Of a stretch of 64,000 nt of DNA, positions 24,793-36,430 are shown piece after piece (the stretch's first letter is position 1; each line of letters starts with the position of its first letter). This DNA comes from Mobula hypostoma. Lineage: Eukaryota. The position numbers and the translations under genes were made by a program. Below the pieces are notes generated by a model, which worked only from the letters and a program-made list of their open reading frames with translations, had not been told where the DNA came from and searched no databases. The stretch spans positions 126,110,001-126,174,000 of the forward strand of contig NC_086097.1 of NCBI RefSeq assembly GCF_963921235.1. The letters run 5' to 3'.

Positions 24793-25430
24793 AAGTATTT
24801 TTAGATTAGATTAGATTATGAAGACACTCAGTCCTCGTTTCTTGTCATTTAGAAATGCATGCATTAAAAAATGATACGATGTTCCTCTGGTATGATATCA
24901 CAGAAACACAAGACAGTCCAAGACTAAAACTGACAAAAACCACATAATTATAACATACAATTACAACAGTGCAAAGCAATACCGTAATTTGATAAGAGCA
25001 GACCATGGACACAGTAAAAAAAAGTCCCGATAGCCAACATCTCACGCAGACGGTAGAAGGGAGAAACTCTCCCTGTCATGAGCTTCCAGTGCCGCAAACT
25101 TGCTGATGCAGCATCCTGGAAGCACCCGACTACAGTCTGACTCTGAGTCCGTCCGAAAGCTTCGTGCCTCCGACACCGAGCACCATCTCTGCCGAGCGCT
25201 TCGACCCCAGCCCCGGCCGCCAAGCAACAGGTAAAACCAAGGATTCGGGGCCTTCCCCTCTGGAGGTATCGGATCGCACAGTAGCAGTGGCAGCAAAAAA
25301 GGCATTTCAGAAGTTTCTCACGTCCGCCTCCATCAAATCAGAATTGTGCACAGCATCCTACTTGACAGATTACAGATATTCATCACCTTAGAGGCCGCGC
25401 GCGCTTCATCGCACCACCATCTTCTTCTCC
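24793..25430 (-). mobile_element. CpG-rich non-coding retroposon (LINE-derived, non-autonomous)
   Basis: (TCTAA)n tail at the left end; the minus-strand 5' end starts AAGATGGTGGTGCGATGAAGCGCGCGCGGCC; no RT coding. Confidence 0.55.
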
Positions 25431-25609
25431 CATCCAAATACAGTACCCTATCTGAATGTTTTCTCCCAGATCTATGTAATGTTAGGTTTGCAGGTCCAGA
25501 TAACAAATATACAAATTAATAAGCTCTTCCATTTGGCCTCCATTTTAGTTTATTGTTTGTATCTCATTCCAGTCCTATTATGCGCCATTATATTTTAAAA
25601 TGGGAGTCA

Positions 25610-26245
25610 AGTGGTGTGCCGATTGGTGGTAACATCTCCTCCTCGCTGACTGTCAACACTGGTGCACCTCAGGGATGTGTGCTTAGCCCACTGCTCTACT
25701 CTCTATATACCCTTGCCTGTGTGGCTAGGCATAATTCAAATACCATCTATAAATTTGCTGATGATACAGCCTTTGGTGGTGGAACCTCAGGTGGTGATGA
25801 GAGGGTGTACAGGAGCGAGATATGCCAACTAGTGGAGTGGTGTCGCAGTAACAACCTGGCACTCAACATGAATAAGACAAAGGAGCTGATTGTGGACTTC
25901 CAGAAGGGTAAGATGAAGGAACACACACCAATCCTCATAGAGGGATCAGAAGTGGAGAGAGTGCGCAGTTTGAAATTCCTGGATATCAAGATCTCTGAGG
26001 ATCTAACCTGGGCCCAACATATCAGTTGCAGTTATAAAGAAGGCAAAACAGTGGCTAAACATCATTAGGAGTTTGAAGAGATTTAGTATGTCAACAAATA
26101 CACTCAAAAACTTCTATAGCTGTACCGTGGAGAGCATTCTGACAGGCTGCATCACTGTCGGATATGGGGGGGCTACCGCACAGGATTGAAAGAAGCTGCA
26201 GAGGGTTGTAAATTTAGTCGGCTCCATCGTGGGTACCAGCCTACA
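25610..26245 (+). mobile_element. Rex1/Babar LINE RT fragment
   Basis: ORF 25553-26068 [34 protein letters not shown]. Confidence 0.9.
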
Positions 26246-26449
26246 AAGGAGGGTTTCACCTGTGATGGACTGAGCTGTGTCCTACCACGATTTGTAGGCT
26301 TTTTCAAGAGCACTGGTGGTTTCTTACAAAGCTGTGATGCAGCCAGTCAGCATACTCTCCACCGTACATCTATAAAGGATTGTCAAAGTTTTGGATGACA
26401 TACCAAATCTTTGCAAGCTTCTAAGAAAGTAGAGGCACTACTGTACCTC

Positions 26450-29396
26450 CTTTGGAACCAGGATTATCTACAGCTGATTACCTACAGAAGAGTGCTAGGA
26501 GAGTACAGCTCCAATGCTGACATTATTAACCTTGATGATGAATGGATGGGATGGGTCAGGATATTGCAGCACTGGGTCAGTGGTGAAGCATCACTTTAGT
26601 TGGGAAAATGCTTGGTCTGCTTCACCTGTTGATAGGAATCCTGCAGGGATCTTCTTGCTGAATGCATTTATGGGGGCTGCAATGGAACTGAAGTTTCCGA
26701 TGAAGCGGCAATAAAATTTTGCAAACCCCATAAAGTGCCTCACCTGTTTGACTGTAAGTGGTTTGGGCCTGCCTGAACTTTACATGGGTCTATTTGAATA
26801 GTGGAAGGGGTGAGGATTTAGCCCAAGAATGACACCTGTTCTTTGCTGAACTCACACTTCTCTGGCTTGGCATAAAGGTTGTTCTTGAGGATCCACCTGA
26901 GAACCCTCCAGGCATGCTGAACATGTTCCTGGTGAGAACTAGCGAAGATAAGAATGTCATACAAATAACACAACAACAAATCCTAAGGCCAATGCTCTTT
27001 TGATGTATTCTTCCATGGCCACCATTTCAGGATGAGAGATGGAAAAGAGCTAGTCCCCTGGAAAACTAGTACCAAGTAAGAAGTCAGGTACATAGTTGTA
27101 TAGCCAGTGTGGAGACAGGGATGGGAGCTTCTCACTGAAGACTTCAGGATGATCAGCATATTCAGCTGGAACACCACACATGTCCACACTAGCAGTTGGC
27201 ACAAGAGGAGATACATCTGAAAGGAGCTCGAGCTGGACCCAAACAGGTAGACAGGCATGCCAGTCCCCACTTTTGGACCACCTGTATGGACCAATCGATC
27301 CATGGGTTGTGTTGAGATATCCAGGGAAGGTCATGCACTAGCGGCAGTTCAGGCGAATCAACATAATAGAAGGAGTGCTATTCCCTGTGGTTGCCTTCTA
27401 GCACGTTGGGGGGGGGGGGGTTCTGTGGAAAGATGGATCCTGCCAGTGCCCAGAGGCTGACCAGCCAAAGCCTTGACATCGATATTTTCTCTCTATTGTT
27501 GAGTTGGAACTTTCCATCTTTGAGCCAAAGAGTTATCTATGAGATTACTGGTTGCCCCAGAGTCAATAAATACTTGAAGCTCATGGGTCTGGGGCCTCCA
27601 TGACAAGGAAGCTGGGAGAATTATGTGATTAGGGGATGATGCTTGCAGTGAGAATCTACCCATCAGAATTCCCCTTCCTCCTGATAGTATCCTGTTTTAC
27701 TGGGCAGTTGGGACATGATGCCCAGAAGTGTTCTGGAGTGCCACATTCGAGATGAGAACCTGTTCTGCGCCAATCTTGTTCCTTCTGGGATAGGTGCATG
27801 CATCCCACTTACATAGGCTGTGTACCAGGTGATGAGAGCAAGCGTGAAGACAGATGGTGATGTAAAGAGTAGGAAGCTTTTCTTTCTCTGCACTACTCAG
27901 TTGACCGGTTCTCAATTCGAATGGGCAGATTTATCTGGTCATCCAGGCTGTCCTGCTCATCACGTACTGCAATCTCATGCCAAATCCCTGTGCTCAGCCC
28001 ACACTGGAAAGCAGTGATGAGGATCTCTCCTTCCACCCTGTCTCAACTGCAAGCATTCAGAACTTTACTGAATAGTTTCTCACTGCCTCTTACCCTTGGC
28101 GCAGATTCAGGTGTCAGTGGGCAGCCGCCTGACCCCATACTGGAAGATCAAACACTCTATTGAAGTCGACTACTAATTGCTGGAAAGACTGGTCTGCAGG
28201 GGAACCTTGTTCTTGTAGGGCATTGAACTGGATGAGTGGGGATCCGCCCAAGAGATTCACCATGTAAGCCAGTTTATGCGCATCTTCACTGAACTGACCT
28301 GGCTAGGCTTGGAAAGTCATTTCATTCTTGCAGCCATCAGGGTCACTGGAGTATCTGCCTGGTGGAGGAATATTTAGCTCTGGTCTGAACACTGTTGCAG
28401 GAGTGGGGTCATCAGTAGCTGAGGCAGATGAGATTTTTATAGAGAAGGATGTGTGAGGTGCCAGTGCTGAAAGTGGGACTGTCATGGCTGAAGGCTGCTG
28501 ATATGTGGCAACGAGAGCAGTAATAGCTGCCTCCTGATTCTAATTGTCAATAATGAGCTGCTGAACAGTGGCAGTGAGAACGGTAATGGCTGCCTCCTGA
28601 CTTTGGCTGTCTGTGGTCAGTTGCTGAACTGTTGCTGCGAGTGTTGACACCTGTTCTTCCAGCTTGGACTGGGTTTGCCACTGTGAATGTAGTTGTTGCA
28701 CTGTAAGTCAGTTCTGCCAAATCAGACTCTACTTACTTTAAATTCTCCACAAACTTCGATTTGGGCTGGGCATGTCATTTTGTGAGTACCTGTCACACTA
28801 TGTGGGCCTCATCTGCCAATGCAGACTCCACTCACTAAATTCTCTCTGACCTGTCCAATGAATGTCAGGGCCATGGTCAGCTGCTGGGTCCATTTTGGAG
28901 CTTGCAGTGATGGCCCAAGTGGAGGGAGGAAGGGAGGGAGAGAGAGGGGTAGAAGGAGAGGGAGAGAGAGCGAGAAACAGAGAAGCAGATTGAACAGTTC
29001 ACTGAATTTTAGCAAGATCTGTGCACAACAAAAGGAAAAATAATAAACACTAGGCCACCAGGGCTATTAACTAAAACTCTCAAACTAAAGCTAACACCAA
29101 CATTGCAGTTCAGAAGCTGTTTCTTATTAGTAAATTAATTCAGCTCCTTTTACAGTGTCAATCTAAGCTGTAGTCTTCTTTTTGGAACAATGACTAAGGT
29201 AAGCAGGGTACGTAGCTGTCGCTGTGCCTTGGTCAAGACTCCATAAGATTGAAACAAAAGGAAGGGAGGTAAATACAACCACAATGAAACACTAATTGGC
29301 TGGAACATGCATACTCACGAACATGACTGCCGATCCCATTTAGCTGCCCACCAGTGAGGGCGCCCAGACTCTGCGACAGAGTTCGTGATTGTGACA
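26450..29396 (-). mobile_element. Decayed, truncated Ty3/Gypsy (sushi-like) LTR retrotransposon
   Basis: gag-like PPPGRYSSDPDGC (28303-28485); RT remnants [19 protein letters not shown] (about 26820-26880) and PKPLTVKQVRHFMGFAKFYCRFI (about 26700-26770); putative 5' LTR at the right end. Confidence 0.8.
28791..29396 (-). repeat. Putative 5' LTR of the sushi-like element
   Basis: Bounded by inverted heptamers TGTCACA (28791) and TGTGACA (29390-29396); abuts the gag region; no second LTR or TSD seen. Confidence 0.65.
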
Positions 29397-29810
29397 CATC
29401 TGTCAACAAGGCCCCCTACCATCCATGCATGGTCTCTTCTCGCTGCTGCCACTGGGCACAAGCTACAGAAACCTTAGGTCCCACACCACCATGTTCAGGA
29501 ACAGCTATTACCGTCATCCGTCAGGCAGCTTCCTAAAGCAGCGTGGATAACTTGAGTCATCTCAATGCTGAACTGATTCCACAACCTCTGAACTCACTCT
29601 TCAAGAACTCTACAACTCATGTTCTCAGTATTATTTATTTACTTAATTATTATTATTATGTTTTTATTTTTTATCAGCTCAAGCTAGTGAAACCAGAGAT
29701 ATGGGCATAGCCAAGCACGCCCATTTCTCAATTGCTAGGCACATTTGGACTACTATTATTATTATTAATATTCTCACAAGTTTGTCTTCTTTTTCACATT
29801 AGCTTGTTTG
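29397..29810 (+). mobile_element. Rex1/Babar LINE 3' end
   Basis: ..PYHPCMV/LFSLLPLG..LRSHTTMFRNSYY.. and AT-rich 3' UTR. Confidence 0.7.
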
Positions 29811-30060
29811 GAGAATCATTATGGGTAGGGCTAAGGAACCGCAAAGATTAAAATACCCTGTTGGGAGTTTTCTACAGGCTCCCAAACAGTAGAAAAGATG
29901 TGGTTTACAAATGACAATGGGAGACAGATAATGCATGTCAAAAGGGCAATGTTACAATAGTCATGGAGGATTTCAATATGCAGGTAGATTGGGAAAATCA
30001 GGTTGGTTCTGGAACTCAAGAGGAGGAATTTCTAGAATGCTCATGAGATGGCTTTTTAGA
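29811..30060 (+). mobile_element. CR1 endonuclease fragment
   Basis: TLLGVFYRLPNS..VTIVMEDFNMQVDWENQVGSGTQEEEFLEC read on the + strand. Confidence 0.75.
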
Positions 30061-33000
30061 GCTTATTATTTCTTCAAAGAATTCTAACAGAATTGTCAAG
30101 CAAGATTTTCCTTAAGGAAACCATGCTGACTACTGTATAGCCTATTTTTTCATAACCTCCAGTATCCCAAAATCACATCCTTAACAACCGACTCCAGCAT
30201 CTTCTCAGCCACCGAGGTCACACTAACTGGCATATCATTTTCTTTCTTCTGTTTCTCTCCCTTCTTAAAGAGTGACATGACATTTGCAATTTTCCAGTCC
30301 TCTGGTCAGAATCAATTGATTCTTGAAAGATCATTGTCAATGCCTCCATAATCTCTTCAGCCACCTCTTTCATAACCCTGGGGTGTATACCATTGGATCC
30401 AAATAACTTATCTAACTTCAAACCTTTCACTTTCCCAAGAACTTTCTCCTTAGTAAAGGCAACTTCACGCACTTCTACCCCCAGCACTCTTGAACTTCCA
30501 GCATACTGCTAGTGTTTTTCCACAGTGAAGATTGATGCAAAATATTCAATAAGTTCGTCCGCCATTTCCTTGTCCTCTATTATTACTTCTCCAGCATCAT
30601 TTTCCAGTGGTCCAATATTTACACTTTATGTATCTGAAGAAACTTTTCATATCCTCTTTAATATTACTGGCTAGCTTACCTTCATATTCCTTCTTTTCCT
30701 TCTTTATGACATTTTTAGTTGCCTTCAGTTGGTTTTTAAAATCTTCCCAATCCTCTAACTTCCCACTAATTTTTGCTCTATTATATTTCCTGTCTTTGGT
30801 TTTTATGTTGGCTTTGACTTCTCTTGTTATATAGTTATGTCATCATAGCTATAGTTATGTTATCATGCCTTTTGAATACTTTTTCTTCTTTGGGATGTAT
30901 ATATCCTGCACCTTTCAATTGTTCCCAGATAATCATTGCTGCTTTGCCATCATCCCTGTCAATATTCTTCTCCAATTAATTTAGGCCAGCTCCTCTCTCA
31001 GTCTTCTCCTTCTGAAATTTCAGGGTGAATTTGATCATATTATGATCACTTGTCCATCAGGATTCCTTTACCTTAAGTTCTCTGACCAATTCTGGTTCAT
31101 TGCTCAACACCTAATCCAGAATAGCTGATACCCTTGTGGGCTCAACCAAGAGCTGCTCTAAAAAAAAGCCATCTGGTTGGCATTCTAGAAATTGGGATCC
31201 AGCACCAACCTGATTTTCCCGATCTACCTGCACATTGAAATCCCCCATGACTATTGTAACATTGCCTCTTTGGCATGCGTTTTCTGTCTCCCATTGTAAT
31301 TTGTAGACGGCATCTTTACTGCTGGTTGAAGGTCTGTAGGTACCCCATCAAGGTCTTTTACCCTTGTATTTCCTTACTTCTATTCACAACGACTCAACAC
31401 CTTACGACCCTATGTCACCTCTTTCTAATGATTTGATTTCATTTTTCACCAACAGAGCCATGCCACCCCCTCTGCCTATTGCCTGTCCTTTCGATACAAT
31501 GTGTATCCTTGGATGTTAAGCTCCCAGCTATAATATTTTCTCAGCCGTAGTTCAATGTTGCCCACAATGTCATACATGCCAATCTGTAACTGCACTACAA
31601 GTTCATCTACTTTATTACATACACCTTGCACATTCAAATACCTTCAGTCCTGTATTCACCCTTTTCAATTTTGTCCACCTTTTACACTGCAACTCATTCT
31701 GTTGACTGCAATTTTGCCCTGTCATCAGCCTCTCCTTGCTAGAAGTCTCACTACACACTGTATCTGTAACCCAACTGCCTTTCCTTCAGCATTATCACTC
31801 CGGTTCCCATTCCCCTTCTCAACAGCTCTCGGAAACCTGTCCACAAGGATATTGGTTCCCCTCGGGTTCAGGTGTAACCTGTCCCTTTGTATAGGTCATA
31901 CTGTCCCCAAAAGACATCTCAATGATCCATAAATCTGAACCCCTGTGCACTGTACCAGTTCCTCAGCCACACATTCATCAGCCAAATCATCCGATTCTTA
32001 CCCCCACTGGTGCATAGCACAGGAAGCAATCTGGAGAATATATCCTGTGGGTCCTGTTTTTCAACTTTCTACCTAGCTCCTTAAAGCTCTCTTCAGGAAC
32101 TCCTCACCTTTCCTACTTACTGTATATCATTGGTGCCAATATGTACCAAGACTTCTGGCTGCTCATCCTCCCCCCTGAGAATGCTGTGGACCCTATCTGA
32201 GACATCCCTGACCCTGGCACCTGGGAGGCAACATACCATTCGCGTGTCTCTGTTGTGCCCACAGAACCTTGTCTCATTTCCTCTGACTATGGGATCCCCT
32301 ATCACCACTGCGGACCTCTTCACCTCTCTTTTCCTCTGAGCCACAGCACCAGCATCAGTGCCAGAGACTGGGTCACTGCGGCTCTCCCCAGTAGTACCCC
32401 CACCATTATCCAATATGGTATACTAGCTATTGAATGGAACGGCCACAGGTGTATCCTGCACTGGCTGTCCATTTCCCTTCCTTCTCCTGACATAGTCATA
32501 GTCATAGTCATAGTCATAGTCATACTTTATCGATCCTGGGGGAAATTGGTTTTCGTTACAGTTGCACCATAAATAATTAAATAGTAATAAAACCATAAAA
32601 AGTTAAATAGTAATATGTCAATTATGCCAGGAAATAAGTCCAGGACCAGCCTATTGGTTCAGGGTGTCTGACCCTCCAAGGGAGGAGTTGTAAAGTTTGA
32701 TGGCCACAAGCAGGAATGACCTCCTATGATGCTCTGTGTTGTATCTGGGTGGAATGAGTCTCTGGCTGAATGTACTCCTGTGCCCAACCAGTACACTATG
32801 TAGTGGATGGGAGACATTGTCCAAGATGGCATGCAACTTGGACAGCATCCTCATTTCAGACACCACCGTCAGAGAGTCCAGTTCCATCCCCACAACATCA
32901 CTGGCCTTACGAATGAGTTTGTTGATTCTGTTGGTGCCTGCTACCCTCAGCCTGCTGCCCCAGCACACAACAGCAAACATGATCGCACTGGCCCCCACAG

Positions 33001-33720
33001 ACTCGTAGAACATCCTCAGCATCGTCCGGCAGATGTTAAAGGACCTCAGTCTCCTCAGGAAATAGAGACGGCTCTGTCCCTTCTTGTAGACAGCCTCAGT
33101 GTTCTTTGACCAGTGCAGTTTATTGTCAATTCGTATCCCCAGGTATTTGTAATCCTCCACCATGTCCACACTGACCCCATGGATGGAAATGGGTCACTGG
33201 TACCGGACAGTCACCCAGTTAACTGCTTCTTGCGACCTAGGGTGACTACTTCCCTGTAGCTCCTATCTATCACCTCCTCATTCTCCCATATGAGCCAAAG
33301 ATCAACGAAATGCAGCTCGGTGTATCTGGTGCAGATGGGGTTACCTGGGAGGCTGGAGGTCTTCCAGAATTCCCACATCTCACAAGCAGAACAAAACACT
33401 GCCCCGGAACCTTTCTCACTGCACTACTATGCCCTAACAGATGAGGAATGAAGAATCAAGAAGAAAAAAAGAAACTTATCAGATACCTCATTCAAGCGTG
33501 ATCTCGCCTAAACCCGATGAGCCAAAGCCACTCCAAACACATTATTTTTATTCGCCTGTTCTAATGAACGTTATTTTTATTCACCCATTCTAGTGATTGA
33601 TTGCAATCCAACTCTGAAAAACTGCCACAAATTTCTGCTTATTTAATCTTGAGAGCGAACCTAATTGAAAATGTAGCTCTCTTCTCATATTCCCGATCAG
33701 TGATTGATTGCAGTCCAACT
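30061..33720 (-). mobile_element. CR1 LINE 5' part (5' UTR, ORF1, EN, RT N-terminal half), decayed
   Basis: ORF1 zinc-finger remnant CSACEMWE (33211-33399); SGNH esterase VVIGDPIVRG..CLPGARVRDV..VHIGTNDI (32117-32413); ORF2 runs to SQHGF..LLEFFEEIIS at about 30061. Confidence 0.88.
32491..33204 (-). mobile_element. Young Rex1/Babar LINE 3' end nested in CR1 ORF1
   Basis: Open ORF 32651-33169 (YKYLGIRIDNKL..QSRLYFLRRLRSF); tail (CATAGT)x5 at 32491-32520. Confidence 0.92.
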
Positions 33721-33727
33721 TCCACAT

Positions 33728-34775
33728 TGCTTTGACAAGATGCCACACATGAGGCCGCTTAACAAGTTAAGAGCCCATAATATTCCAGGAAAGATACTAG
33801 CATGGATGGAGCATTTGGTCATTGACAGGAGACCAAGAGTGGGAATGAAGAGAGCCTTTTCTGGCTGGCTGTCGGTGACTAGTGGTGTTCCGCAGGACCG
33901 TTTGGACCGTTTCTTTTTACGTTATATGTCAATGATTTGAATGACAGAATTGTTAGCTTATGGCCAAGTTTGCAGGTGATATGAAGGTAGGTGGAAGGAC
34001 AGATAGTTTTAAGGAAGGAGAGACGTTACAGAAGGACTTAGACAGATTAGGAGAATGGGAAAGGAAGTGGCAGATGGAATACAGCGTAGAGAAGTGTATG
34101 GTTATGCACTTTGGTAGAAGAAATAAAAGCATAGACTATTTTCTAAATGGAGAGAAAACTCAAAAATCTGAGGTGCAAAGGAACTTGGGATTTCTTGTGC
34201 AGCATTCCCTAAAGTTAATTTTCAGGTTGAGTCAATGGCGAGGAAGGCAAATGTGATGTTAGCATTCATTTCGAGAGCACTAGAATATAAAAGGAAGGAT
34301 TGAAATATTGAAGCTTTATAAAACATTGGTGGGGCCTCACTTGGAGTATTGTGAGCAGTTTTGGGCCCCTTATCTTAGAAAGGATGTGCTGACATTGGAG
34401 AGGGTTCAAAGGTTTACGAAAATGGTTCTGAGATTGAAAGTCTTGTCATATGAGGCACTGGGCCTCCACTCACTGGAATTCAGAGGAATGAGGAATGACA
34501 ATAAAACCTATCGAAAATTGAAAGGCCTTGATAGAGTGGATGTGGAAAGGATGTTTTCTAGGGTGGGGGAGTCTAAGACCAGAGGACACAGCCTTGGAAT
34601 AGAGGGATGTCCATTTAGAATGGTGGTGAGGAGATTGGTGAATCTGTGGAACTCATTGACACAGACACCTGTGGAGGCCAAATCATTGGGTATATTTAAG
34701 GTTGAGATTGATAAATTCTTGATTAGTCAGGGCATGAAGGTATTTGGGGAGAAGGCAGGAGATTGGGACTGAGAG
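33728..34775 (+). mobile_element. CR1 LINE 3' part (RT C-terminal half)
   Basis: FDKMPH..VTSGVPQ; AKFAGDMKVGG; PHLEYCEQFWAP..TRGHSL. Confidence 0.9.
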
Positions 34776-35279
34776 GGAAATTTGTATTTCTTTGTTCTAC
34801 TGTGAATACCAGCAAGAAAATGAATCTTGGTGTAGTACAGTATATGGAAACATATATGTACTTTGATAATAAATTTACTTTGAGCTTTGAATTTTGAGAA
34901 CTGGATGGTTGTATATTCATAGAGCCGTCCTTCACCTCTGCAACTAAAGGGGGATATTTTGGGTGTCTAAAGATTGTATTCAAGGGGGCTTTTGAAACGG
35001 ATACCACTACTGAAGATTCAAAGCAGTTCTGCTAGTTCTATATGTATATATAGTTTCTCCCAGCTTACACATGCCTGTCTTATGAATAGTTTATATACAG
35101 GGATCAGTGTTTGGGAGACTGGAGGGGAGAACATGCTGTAACATCATGAGCTATTATGTTTAGCAGCTTTATGCACCTTTTCCTTTCTCTGACAGTTTTC
35201 TCCCATAAAAGTCGTTAAATCAATATGGGTGTACATTTTCTTAAGTAGTGGTCTCTTTCAACCCAGTATAAATTCTTCT

Positions 35280-35825
35280 AAACATGAGAGATTCTGGAGC
35301 TGCTGGAATTGTGGAGTAACACACCCAAAATGCTGGAGGAACTCAGCAGGTCAGGTAGCACCTATAAACAGTTAACATTTCAGGCTGAGACCTTTCATCA
35401 GGACTGGAAAGGAAGAGAGAAGGAGTCAGAATAAGAAGGTGGGAGGAGAGGAAGGAGTACAAGCTGGCAGGTGATAGGTGAAGTAAGGTGAGCAGCTGGG
35501 AGGTGATAGATGGAAAAGGTAAAGGGCTGAAGAAGAAAGAATCTGATAGGAGAGAAAAATGGACCATGGGAGAAAGGGAAGGAGGAGGGACACTAGAAGG
35601 TGGTGAGGAGAAGAGATAAGAGGAGAATCAGGGTGTGGAATGGAAGAAGAGGGAAGGGGCAAAGGGGGATAAAATTATTGGAAGTTAGAGAAAGCAATGT
35701 TCATGTCATCAGTTTGGAGGCTACCCAGATAGTGTATGAGGTGTTGCTCCTCCCACCCGAGACTGCCCTCATTGTGGTAGTAGAAGAACTATGGGAATGG
35801 GGAGTGAAATTAAAATGGTTGGGAC
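35280..35825 (-). mobile_element. Penelope-like element 3' end: GIY-YIG endonuclease C-terminus plus terminal repeat with hammerhead
   Basis: Minus strand about 35820-35675 reads NHFNFTPHSH..EEQHLIHYLGSLQTDDMNIAFSNFQ*, followed by a pyrimidine-rich UTR and the terminal repeat. Confidence 0.8.
35369..35406 (-). ncRNA. Minimal type-I hammerhead ribozyme motif (CpG-decayed)
   Basis: CAGTC-CTGATGA-A-AGGTCTCAGCCT-GAAA-TG-TT-AACTG: core boxes intact, stem II AGG/CCT, stem I CAGTC/AACTG with one mismatch. Confidence 0.7.
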
Positions 35826-35859
35826 ATCTCAGTCAGTTTTAGGAACTCCAGGACTTTAC

Positions 35860-36430
35860 ATTCTGAAATTAGGGTGGTGGTCTGTCTCGAAGGACAATAG
35901 GTGATGATCATCATCACAAGCCTGGCCAGAAGGTATGGAGATCCTGAGATGCCCAGCCATCAAGATCTTGGCCTCACTAGTGTATTCCAAAGGAAAGCTT
36001 ATGAAGCAATAGCGTTTGGCACTGGTTTGGCTACAGGGAGCTGCCAGAAGGATGTTTAATGACGTCCAGCTGCCTTAGGAGCTCCACTCTGGATTTGCTG
36101 TCTGGGTTTACTCTTGTAGCCTTCATCTCTCCCAAGGCTGCCCACAAGGTAGTGGGGCTATTTACCCATAGCTTTGGAACCTGGTTCATGAGATCAGAGT
36201 ATGTCCAGACGCCACTGGGCCTGCATGCTACGTGTGCAGGGGCCAGATCTCCTCCCCGTCCTCTGTAGTTCAGCCTGAGTCTGAAAGGAATTCAGTTTCC
36301 ATGTGTTACCAGCGAGGAGGCACACTGTTGGAGAGGCTATGTACTGGCAGGGAGAGAATTACACACTCCGCTCTCCTTTTCGTGAGACTACTAGTCAGTG
36401 GTGGAAGCTGAAAGTGAGAGTGACAAGCAC
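35860..36430 (-). mobile_element. Probable RTE-clade LINE 5' region
   Basis: Minus strand GAGTAAACCCAGACAGCAAATCCAGAGTGGAGCTCCTAAGGCAG resembles RTE 5' UTRs (from memory). Confidence 0.4.

Noticed and set aside
28791..29396. Independent solo LTR
   Set aside because: Flanks (GTACC and CATCT) do not form a TSD and it abuts gag, so it is treated as the 5' LTR of the adjacent element.
32320..32572. ORFs with MTMTMT or IVIVIV repeats
   Set aside because: Translations of the (CATAGT)n LINE tail.
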